This document shows, piece after piece, positions 25,101 through 37,100 of a stretch of DNA of 64,000 nucleotides. The first letter of the stretch is position 1. Each line of letters starts with the position of its first letter. Source of the stretch: Hormiphora californensis. Taxonomy: Eukaryota; Animalia; Ctenophora. Where the stretch lies: assembly GCA_020137815.1 (NCBI GenBank), contig CM035356.1, positions 5,332,001-5,396,000 of the forward strand, in the 5' to 3' direction. The notes beneath the pieces were generated by a model. That model saw only the letters and a list, made by a program, of their open reading frames with translations, was not told where the DNA came from and ran no database searches. A program made the position numbers and the translations under genes.

Positions 25101-28100
25101 CCCCCACAGCCGATACTCGGGTACCTAACTCTGTCCCCCACAGCCGATACTCGGGCACCTAACTCTGTCCCCCACAGCCGATACTCGGGTACCTAACTCT
25201 GTCCCCCCACAGCCGATACTCGGGTACCTAACTCTGTCCCCCATAGCCGATACTCGGGTACCTAACTCTGTCCCCCTACAGCCGATACTCGGGTACCTAA
25301 CTCTGTCCCCCACAGCCGATACTCGGGTACCTAACTCTGTCCCCCACAGCCGATACTCGGGTACCTAACTCTGTCCCCCACAGCCGATACTCGGTACCTA
25401 ACTCTGTCCCCCACAGCCGATACTCGGGTACCTAACTCTGTCCCCCACAGCGATACTCGGGTACCTAACTCTGTCCCCACAGCCGATACTCGGGTACCTA
25501 ACTCTGTCCCCCACAGCCGATACTCGGGTACCTAACTCTGTCCCCCACAGCCGATACTCGGGTACCTAACTCTGTCCCCCACAGCCGATACTCGGGTACC
25601 TAACTCTGTCCCCCACAGCCGATACTCGGGTACCTAACTCTGTCCCCCACAGCCGATACTCGGGTACCTAACTCTGTCCCCCACAGCCGATACTCGGGTA
25701 CCTAACTCTGTCCCCCACAGCCGATACTCGGGTACCTAACTCTGTCCCCCACAGCCGATACTCGGGTACCTAACTCTGTCCCCCACAGCCGATACTCGGG
25801 GTACCTAACTCTGTCCCCCACAGCCGATACTCGGGTACCTAACTCTGTCCCCCACAGCCGATACTCGGGTACCTAACTCTGTCCCCCACAGCCGATACTC
25901 GGGTACCTAACTCTGTCCCCCACAGCCGATACTCGGGTACCTAACTCTGTCCCCCACAGCCGATACTCGGGTACCTAACTCTGTCCCCCACAGCCGATAC
26001 TCGGGTACCTAACTCTGTCCCCCACAGCCGATACTCGGGTACCTAACTCTGTCCCCCCACAGCCGATACTCGGGTACCTAACTCTGTCCCCCACAGCCGA
26101 TACTCGGGTACCTAACTCTGTCCCCCTACAGCCGATACTCGGGTACCTAACTCTGTCCCCCACAGCCGATACTCGGGTACCTAACTCTGTCCCCCACAGC
26201 CGATACTCGGGTACCTAACTCTGTCCCCCACAGCCGATACTCGGGTACCTAACTCTGTCCCCCACAGCCGATACTCGGGTACCTAACTCTGTCCCCCACA
26301 GCCGATACTCGGGTACCTAACTCTGTCCCCCACAGCCGATACTCGGGTACCTAACTCTGTCCCCCACAGCCGATACTCGGGTACCTAACTCTGTCCCCCA
26401 CAGCCGATACTCGGGTACCTAACTCTGTCCCCCACAGCCGATACTCGGGTACCTAACTCTGTCCCCCACAGCCGATACTCGGGTACCTAACTCTGTCCAC
26501 CTACAGCCGATACTCGGGTACCTAACTCTGTCCCCCACAGCCGATACTCGGGTACCTAACTCTGTCCCCCACAGCCGATACTCGGGTACCTAACTCTGTC
26601 CCCCACAGCCGATACTCGGGTACCTAACTCTGTCCCCCACAGCCGATACTCGGGTACCTAACTCTGTCCCCCACAGCCGATACTCGGGTACCTAACTCTG
26701 TCCCCCACAGCCGATACTCGGGTACCTAACTCTGTCCCCCACAGCCGATACTCGGGTACCTAACTCTGTCCCCCACAGCCGATACTCGGGTACCTAACTC
26801 TGTCCCCCCACAGCCGATACTCGGGTACCTAACTCTGTCCCCCACAGCCGATACTCGGGTACCTAACTCTGTCCCCCACAGCCGATACTCGGGTACCTAA
26901 CTCTGTCCCCCACAGCCGATACTCGGGTACCTAACTCTGTCCCCCACAGCCGATACTCGGGTACCTAACTCTGTCCCCCACAGCCGATACTCGGGTACCT
27001 AACTCTGTCCCCCACAGCCGATACTCGGGTACCTAACTCTGTCCCCCACAGCCGATACTCGGGTACCTAACTCTGTCCCCCACAGCCGATACTCGGGTAC
27101 CTAACTCTGTCCCCCACAGCCGATACTCGGGTACCTAACTCTGTCCCCCACAGCCGATACTCGGGTACCTAACTCTGTCCCCCACAGCCGATACTCGGGT
27201 ACCTAACTCTGTCCCCCACAGCCGATACTCGGGTACCTAACTCTGTCCCCCACAGCCGATACTCGGGTACCTAACTCTGTCCCCCACAGCCGATACTCGA
27301 GTACCTAACTCTGTCCCCCACAGCCGATACTCGGGTACCTAACTCTGTCCCCCACAGCCGATACTCGGGTACCTAACTCTGTCCCCCACAGCCGATACTC
27401 GGGTACCTAACTCTGTCCCCCACAGCCGATACTCGGGTACCTAACTCTGTCCCCCACAGCCGATACTCGGGTACCTAACTCTGTCCCCCTACACAGCCGA
27501 TACTCGGGTACCTAACTCTGTCCCCCACAGCCGATACTCGGGTACCTAACTCTGTCCCCCACAGCCGATACTTGGGTACCTAACTCTGTCCCCCACAGCC
27601 GATACTCGGGTACCTAACTCTGTCCCCTACAGCCGATACTCGGGTACCTAACTCTGTCCCCCACAGCCGATACTCGGGTACCTTCTCTTCTTTCAACGAG
27701 GATGGTCTGATGATGGGGAGCGAGGATGGAACTGATAGTGACAGTATTGGCACCCTGCCCAAACCTCACCTTGCCCCCTACTTTGAGAGCGAGAAGGGGA
27801 GCAGTACGGATGAGGCGATTATCCAAGTGAAAACGAGCGTTTCACAGTCAAGTACCCCGGTGATTGGGGAGCTGAGGCACAGTCCCCTGGCGCGACAATC
27901 ACCCACCAGTCAGGAGAGTGGAGGATCGTTCGAGGTAAGTCAGGAGAGTGGCGGATCATTCGAGGTGAGTCAAGACTCAAGAGAGTGGAGGATCATTCGA
28001 GGTGAGTGGATCATGGTGACCAATTTTTAAATAGTGTACAGGGTGTCCCATTGTCTTTGTGTGACCTGCGATTTTGGACTATGAATGGGCAGGTTATGCA

Positions 28101-31100
28101 AAGATGGTGGGACGCCCTGGACTTCGTTTGTGTCCAGTTTGGAGTGTGTGAAACATATGGAAAGTAGTGTGGTTGCGAAAATTATAAATTCCTGATGATT
28201 ATTCCTGATGACAATAAAGTTATATATTATATGACTTGATTATTACGGAAACTCACTGTGTCATGTGTAATTGTATTATAGGGATGATTTGTCTGTTGCG
28301 GTACTATCACTACTACGTGACTATACAGCGGTATCAATACACAATTCATGAAAATTGAGAGTGAGAGAGGGAGGGAGAGAGAGAGAGAGAGAGAGAGGGA
28401 GGGAGAGAGAGAGGCTATACTTGAAGAATAATACATAAAATATGCTTGGACAGCTGCAGCTACAGTCAGTAATCAAGGATGATCCTAATTTCTCGTTCAT
28501 CATTAAAATTACTTTCTACATGTCCTAAACACTGTTATTACACTGTCCCCCCTCACCGTTCAGGGAGTGTGTTTAGAACCCCGGCCCCTCCTCCTAACTG
28601 TCCCCCTCACCAACAACATCACCCCACAGGGAGAGTGTTTACCGGATTGCAAGAATCTAAGTGAGCGGCTGGAGGAGATGTTTTCCAAGGATTCTATGGT
28701 CCAAGTACCAAACAGTATCACACTCGCTCACGCCAAGGAGAAATCTGTTCAACATGTGGGTGAAATTACTGTATTTTTGATAAGTTATTTGTTTGGTTAC
28801 CTATTTACCTCGACCAAAACGCGGAGTTTTTACGTCAGCCGACCCGAAACCGGATTAAATTTGGGCACCCGCTGGTCTAAGGGTCTCCAAATACGTCAAA
28901 ATATGTTTAAATTATCATTTGGGATCATGCAGACCTTTTAATTACATGTAATTACCCTTTAATTACATGAAATTACATTTTAATTACATGTAATTACTTC
29001 CAATTACATTCCAATTACTTCAGCACCTCGAGAGCTTTCGAACGCACCCTAGAACACCTTTATACTCCTTCTAATTGCCGAGTTCTGTATACCCCTTATT
29101 TTGACTGTTTTTCGCGTCCTACCCCTTATAGGTTTGGGCACACCCATCGCCACACCCCCTATACGTCGCGGGACCTCGAGACCTTTCCAACGAGCCATAG
29201 AACACATCTCTACTACTTCAGGGGGCTTCAAAACTTTCACTCTAAAAATATCTATGGTTTTATGGTTTATGGTTATGGTTATGGTTATGGTTTTTTTTTC
29301 ATCTGGTATTAAGGGCCTGTCGGCTCGGCCCCGTTGTTTTAGTTTTAGGGGGGATGTTTTAGGGGGGGTGGGTTGAGTTTGGGTTATATTCGGGTCGGGG
29401 GGCCTTGCCAGGCCCCGAAACATTTGGTTTGTTTTTACATACCCCGAATTCTTTTCTTTTTTTTTCGACGTCAGCGCGGCTAACCCCGGTTTGTTTTTAC
29501 ATGTATGTAAATGTATACCCCGAATTCTTTTGGGCCAATCTTATTTTAGTCTTCTCCATCAATCTTATCTCATTACTAAAGGGAGATCTGTTTGGTTTCA
29601 ATCTGCCACTTAACACCTGAAAGTGTATCAAATGTTGTAGCTATATCATGTTACAACTAACTGCACTCTGTTACAACTCTGTATATCATCTACAGTACTA
29701 GCTGATCTAACATTACATATATGTAATGTCAACTAGTCTAACATAGTAAACATGTGGGAACAATGTTATATGTATCAGCTAATAACGTAGCAAACATTTA
29801 ACATTTAGACTCTAAAGTCTAAAAAACTAACATGTTTCAGTCGGTAATACGGTCGTTACGTAACCACGGTAGCTGCCTATTCCTGAAAAACACTGCTGAT
29901 GCTAAACTCTTCATCACTACCCTTGTAAACAAGATGCAGAAATGGTAAGCTTACCAATTTTGACGTAATAATTATAATATTATAGACTAAAAAATTTTAT
30001 TACCAAACCTCGATTTACTTCCCCAGCTTCATTGTATCACTTCACTACCAACTGTACCAATCCACTCCCACTTTCTAGTGTAACATTTTAATGCTTCTTC
30101 TAGTGTAACCACACTTCACTTGTACTCCCACATTATAACGTTTAAATAGTGTAACGCGTCCTATACTAAATATGCCCCCCAGTGTAAAACTTCAATCCCC
30201 TCCCAGTGTAACAACTAAACCCTTATGCCCCCCCCCCAGTGTAACGCGACATTCGAGAATGAGTCCAGTGACTCTGAAAGTAGTGGGAGACTTCTCATCC
30301 TGTTCCCTGATACTCCGGCCCCTCATGGACAGTCTGAATAATAAGAGTGCGGATTGGGTGAATAGTATTCAGTTCATATTCATACCTACAGGTTAGAGAA
30401 TTACCTTCCAAATGTGGGCATTCTGCATTGTACATAATATATTCATTTATTGTACCCCAATGTGGGCATTGTACAAACATTAATTTTACCCCCCCCCCCC
30501 CCCCACCAGCTACCTTTATGTTACAGATGACCTACACTCCGCCTCTCTTTTTTTGTTTTTTTGGATCATCCTCGTGCCTATTTATGTCGCAGATGCTGAT
30601 TATAACCCCCTTTTTCTGTTACAGATGCTGATTATAACCCCCTTTTTCTGTTACAGATGCTGATTATAACCCCCTTTTCTGTTACAGATGCTGATTATAA
30701 CCCCCTTTTCTGTTGCAGATGCTGATTATAACCCCCTTTTCTGTTACAGATGCTGATTATAACCCCCTTTTCTGTTACAGATGCTGATTATAACCCCCTT
30801 TTCTGTTACAGATGCTGATTATAACCCCCTTTTCTGTTACAGATGCTGATTATAACACCCTTTTCTGTTACAGATGCTGATAACCCTATTGGGAGGTACG
30901 TATCGACACTAGACGACACCTACACGCGGCTCCTGGAAAGTCTCTCAGGGGATACCGTGGATCTGATATCGAGCTATGAGCGAGATGCAAAGGATTCAAC
31001 TCGACTTTACGTAGGGAGGGTGTTACTTCAGCAAGTAACAGACCAGTAAGTTATAAATTGTAATCAAGGCGAAAACAACATGTTTTTGGAACTATTTCTC

Positions 31101-34100
31101 ATATTTTCTACTTTGATGCCTGAACATTATGCAGGCATATCACTGCACTGGCAAGCGCAAAGGTTGCCATCCCCCTCCCTCCCCCCAAAAAGCGCCGCCA
31201 GAAACGCAGGGATACGTTTATGGGTGTTCGACCGGACTCCAGTCTCCAGAAGGCTATAGCGCGACTCTCTTTCTAATCCGTTAGACTTGAAATTTGAAGA
31301 GATTTAGAGAGGGAAAGAGACATTGTGATATCTAGGTTAAATTGGTTGAATTTTGGTTAAATTTGGTTGAATTTGGTAGAGGTTGGACATGGTAATATGC
31401 CAGATAGCCACGACAACCGGAATTGTGGGCATCCTAGACAGTTACCGACACTCTCAGGCTGTGGACCACAAGTGGAGGCCGGTCGGATGTGAAAATGAGG
31501 TCGGGCGTGAAAATGAGGTCGGGTGCGGTGTGAAAATGAGGTCGGGTGTGAAAATGAGGTCGGGTGTGAAAATGAGGTCGAGTGTGAAAATGAGGTCGGG
31601 TGTGAAAATGAGGTCGGCTGTGAAAATGAGGTCGGGTGTGAAAATGAGGTCGGGTGTGAAAATGAGGTCGGGTGTGAAAATGAGGTCGGGTGTGAAAATG
31701 AGGTCTGGTGTGAAAATGAGGTCGGGTGTGAAAATGAGGTCGGGTTTGAAAATGAGGTCGGGTGTGAAAATGAGGTCGGGTGTGAAAATGAGGTCGGGTG
31801 TGAAAATGAGGTCGGGTGTGAAAATGAGGTCGGGTGTGAAAATGAGGTCGGGTGTGAAAATGAGGTCGGGTGTGAAAATGAGGTCGGGTGTGAAAATGAG
31901 GTCGGGTGTGAAAATGAGGTCGGGTGTGAAAATGAGGTCGGGTGTGAAAATGAGGTCGGGTGTGAAAATGAGGTCGGGTGTGAAAATGAGGTCGGGTGTG
32001 AAAATGAGGTCGGGTGTGAAAATGAGGTCGGGTGTGAAAATGAGGTCGGGTGTGAAAATGAGGTCGGGTGTGAAAATGAGGTCGGGTGTGAAAATGAGGT
32101 CGGGTGTGAAAATGAGGTCGGGTGTGAAAATGAGGTCGGGTGTGAAAATGAGGTCGGGTGTGAAAATGAGGTCGGGTGTGAAAATGAGGTCGGGTGTGAA
32201 AATGAGGTCGGGTGTGAAAATGAGGTCGGGTGTGAAAATGAGGTCGGGTGTGAAAATGAGGTCGGGTGTGAAAATGAGGTCGGGTGTGAAAATGAGGTCG
32301 GGTGTGAAAATGAGGTCGGGTGTGAAAATGAGGACGGGTGTGAAAATGAGGACGGGTGTGAAAATGAGGACGGGTGTGAAAATGAGGACGGGTGTGAAAA
32401 TGAGGACGGGTGTGAAAATGAGGTCGGGTGTGAAAATGAGGACGGGTGTGAAAATGAGGTCGGGTGTGAAAATGAGGTCGGGTGTGAAAATGAGGTCGGG
32501 TGTGAAAATGAGGTCGGGTGTGAAAATGAGGTCGGGTGTGAAAATGAGGTACGGGTGTGAAAATGAGGTACGGGTGTGAAAATGAGGTCGGGTGTGAAAA
32601 TGAGGTCGGGTGTGAAAATGAGGTCGGGTGTGAAAATGAGGTCGGGTGTGAAAATGAGGTCGGGTGTGAAAATGAGGTCGGGTGAAATGAGGACGGGTGT
32701 GAAAATGAGGTCGGGTGTGAAAATGAGGTCGGGTGTGAAAATGAGGTCGGGTGTGAAAATGAGGTCGGGTGTGAAAATGAGGTCGGGTGTGAAAATGAGG
32801 TCGGGTGTGAAAATGAGGTCGGGTGTGAAAATGAGGTCGGGTGTGAAAATGAGGTCGGGTGTGAAAATGAGGTCGGGTGTGAAAATGAGGTCGGGTGTGA
32901 AAATGAGGTCGGGTGTGAAAATGAGGTCGGGTGTGAAAATGAGGTCGGGTGTGAAAATGAGGTCGGGTGTGAAAATGAGGTCGGGTGTGAAAATGAGGTC
33001 GGGTGTGAAAATGAGGTCGGGTGTGAAAATGAGGTCGGGTGTGAAAATGAGGTCAGGGTGTGAAAATGAGGTCGGGTGTGAAAATGAGGTCGGGTGTGAA
33101 AATGAGGTCGGGTGTGAAAATGAGGTCGGGTGTGAAAATGAGGTCGGGTGTGAAAATGAGGTCGGGTGTGAAAATGAGGTCGGGTGTGAAAATGAGGTCG
33201 GGTGTGAAAATGAGGTCGGGTGTGAAAATGAGGTCGGGTGTGAAAATGAGGTCGGGGAACTCAAGTGTCAGCCACATGAGAGCCTTGCAATAAATGGCAC
33301 GGGCGGATCGATGAATGTATATGCAGTGTATTTTTCCTGAACATTCCAAACACACTTACCAATTTCATTGCATTGTGGTACATCACTGGACCACGACCCA
33401 TCTCCCTGACAAGTTAGTGTTGCACTTCCCATAAGGATAAGGGCGGCAGCACATTCGATGGTGGCAGTTGTCCCTGCTGGTGAAGCAGTCCAGTTTCCTT
33501 GTGTTGACCCCTCAACAGTAAAGGCGGGACACGGTGATTCTAAATGGAAAAAGACACTTATAAGTTTATTGCAGGGGATGTAATATGGAGAGCTTTTGTA
33601 TACAGTACACACTACACATTTTAGTTCACTATGACTGAACCATTCCATGTACTAAAAGCCCCGGTGGTGGTATGCTCTGCGTGTGTGTAGTACATAGAGT
33701 TGTGTACTGTGTACTGCATGTACTGCATGTACTGTGTACTGTGTATGTGTTAGGATAACCAAAATTTAAATCATGTGATCCAACCCCCATAGTGTGCACT
33801 GTGTAATACTAAAGTGGTAAAGATTAAATTTAGATCCTTACCTGCTCTGTAGAAGTCAGATGCTGTGTCTGGTTGGGAACCAGTACTGTATAACAATATC
33901 TGCTCCACAACATCACCACCCCACCACGGAGCACATTCGCTACGTGAACTATTAGCGAATCCGATGTTCAGCACTTTAACATTGTTACATGTGATGGTAA
34001 AGGCAGTCTCTGTTTTGGTAATCGTCCAGATCTTATCCACCTCCACCGGGGGTTGTACTGGCAGGTCTTGCCAGTTTTCGGTGCAGTAGCCTATCGCATA

Positions 34101-37100
34101 CTGCATTGGGGAGGAAAACTTTATACCCACCCTACTGATCAAGCTACTGTCCTTTTTGTACATCTGCACATTGATCTCCTCACTACTGCCCAGTGTTGAG
34201 TCCGTCTTTATCTGGAGAGGCGTTTCCTCCAGATCCCAGAGTATAATCACATCCCGCTCTACAGCTGTCCAGTCTGAAAGTGCAATAAAGTAAATCACTA
34301 ATCTTGCTTTATATCAGACGAAAACGTAACTAACTCCTGGGACCCCATCATATTCCCACTTTGAAGGTTGGTGAAGCCGGATGAAATCAATGGTTATATT
34401 TCATAAAATGTTTAATATGTGACCAACCTGTGAGAACAACAACTGTTCCACACAATGCAGCTGTGAAGAGAAGGAAACGTATCATATCACTAAATAACTG
34501 AATAAGTATTTTAGTAAACTGTTACAGAGCAATTTACGGAAAGAATGGCACGACCGACACTAACAAATTTGGCGGGGAAACGATTTAGAAAAGGGAAAGA
34601 AAGAGATGGTAAAATGATAAAAGCGGGAGGCCAATGGTGACTAAGTTTTTAAAGGCTTCAAACACAAACAGAAGCTCAAGAAGTACAGTTTATCTGAACC
34701 CAAGCTCTCCCTTTCAGTATAAAAATAGGAGACAGGAAAGCTGTATCTTGAAATTCTTCGTAGCGTTTCGAAGGGGAGAGATACATGCCAAATAGAGCTG
34801 AGATCACTATTCTGTAACTGCCTCCCAGCTCTGAGGTACTGGGCAGTTAGACTGACACACAGGTTCTAATAAGATCTGGGAGATGACCTCACACTTTTTA
34901 TTTAACTCCCCCGTACGTGTCTCGTTACCTTGGAATTGCAACTTTAAAGATAGTTTTAGATCTCTGATCTGTTTAAGAGCAAGTAAAGCAATTAGCACAG
35001 CACGTGGATAGTTGTTGGAAACTCAACAAGTGGGAAATACGTCATCGATCAATGAGGAAGAGCTTGATCTGCTAATTGGTTTATCTAACACATTACCTCC
35101 ACGGAAAAGACATAGAGTGAGACAGAGAGAAAAAAAGATAAAAACAGATCCCTCGATTTCCGATCGGTGCGATCGCCACAGTTTTAATAGTAATCATAAT
35201 ATATGCCTACTATACATACATTCTACTACACCCCATGCCTGAAGAAAGTTCAACCTCGGATGAAAACTATGTACTAGGAAACTTTTAGGTGAATTGTTTT
35301 GTCTACACATGCAAAACTATACAAAACCATCCCACGTACTGCAGTAATTCTTCCGCCAACTACTAGTGTTATATTAAGGGTACGCTAACCAAAAATTTTT
35401 TTCGAGTGCAGGGAAATCTCTCACCGTAGGGTTGTAGGCCATGCCAAGGAGACCTCAAATATGCAATTTTAGTCCTTAAGTCGAATTCATATTTTTGCTA
35501 TAGCTGTTTAAAAAATGTCCTGTAAATACGTTTTTGGCATCTCAAAAAAATTTTTTTAAAGATAGGAGCATGAAAATTCGGGGATTTGAAGAGGACATGA
35601 AGGTAAATAACCACAAAATTTTTTTTTGCAATCCGAGCTGATTTCCGGTCCTGAGATGGATTTCTTTTTTTCCACTTTAACGCCCTATTTGGCAAAGTTC
35701 CGAAAACATGTGAAAGCTGTAAATTGGTGAAAAGTTGCGTCTAACGATTATCTAAGTGGCCATAAATTTTGGGCGTGTCCTTATTTGAGATAAGCTGTAC
35801 AGAGTTTTTTTTGTGAAAGCCGTCATTTCAGAAATAAATAAATTCCCTGTATCTCAAAAACGGCTGATCGTAGAGACCTGAGACTATGCTTAAACGATTC
35901 AGAAGGTCCGATTTTGGGGGGGTCTTCTGAGAGACATTTTGCTCCTACTTCAACCGTTTTTGCTGTAATTGCGAAAAACAAAAACCCATCTTCGCCATCG
36001 TGGATTTTTTGTGATTTTGTTTTTGGTGATTATACAGGGTGTGAACTGCATGTCGTGTTTGCTAGTCGCGAGCGCGCTTGCGAGACAAGCAAACACGTCA
36101 AGGTTCATTAACAAGCATGCTGCTCAGTCATTTTAGATTTAATACACAATGTAAGGATACCATGTAATAGGTGAGACTCTTGCCGTCACCCTCGTTCAAG
36201 TCCCGTGAAAAACGGAGCAGTACACGCAAACTGATGCCCATTTTCCTCGCGTGACCCCGATTCAGCAGTTTGAGACACCAACTCTTTAGGGGGCCATATC
36301 TCAGGAACCAGACAAGATAGGAAAAATCGCCGTCTAATGAGGCGTACAGTTTTTAATCTAGTTTACCACTGTACCGGCCGTTTCACTCTCCGACCTAAAA
36401 CAAAAATCGCAACCCCACAAAACTTCAAAATAATGAAATTCGCATCTCGCATGTCGTGTTGCATGTCGTGTTGCATGTCGTGTCATGTTATTGACGCGCT
36501 CGCGTTCAACTCTCACACAGCAGCTGCAGAACATGGCGGGAAACATCGAGGAGTAGAGAGAGGGTCGGTGCCGAATCAAATATTTCTTGATCTTGATCTA
36601 CTCCATCTCTCAGCTATCCTACCCCTCATCAACTCGATCTCTCAGCTACCCTACCCCTCATCTACTCAATTTTTCAGCTACCCTACCCCTCATCTACTCC
36701 ATCTTTCAGCTACCCTACCCCTTATCTAGTCTATCTCTCAGCTACCCTACTCCTCATCTACTCCATCTCTCAGCTACCCTACCTCCCATTTACTCCATCT
36801 CTCAGCTTCCCTATTAGGGAAGCATAGAGATTGAAACGATTAGGGGTAGGGAATCCCTATCCATAATCGTTTCCATCTCTATGCTTCCCTAGCCCTCATC
36901 AACTCCATCTTTCAGCTACCCTACCCCTAATCTAGTCCATCTCTCCGCTACCCTACTCCTCATCTACTCCATCTCTCAGCTACCCTACCTCCCATTTACT
37001 CCATCTCTCAGCTACCCTACCTCCCATTTACTCCATCTCTCAGCTTTCCTACCTCCCATTTACTCCATCTCTCAGCTTACCTACCTGCCATTTACTCCAT

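Noticed and set aside
16481-27682. CRISPR-like 34-bp repeats
   Set aside because: There are no unique spacers and no cas genes, and the context is a eukaryotic intron.
28766-29530. Possible interspersed element in PACS intron 10
   Set aside because: It has repeat-like content (TAATTACAT and TTATGG runs), but I could not define termini or a TSD.
31357-33355. 635-, 398-, 345- and 254-aa repeat ORFs
   Set aside because: They are by-products of an 18-bp unit that is stop-free in several frames on both strands.
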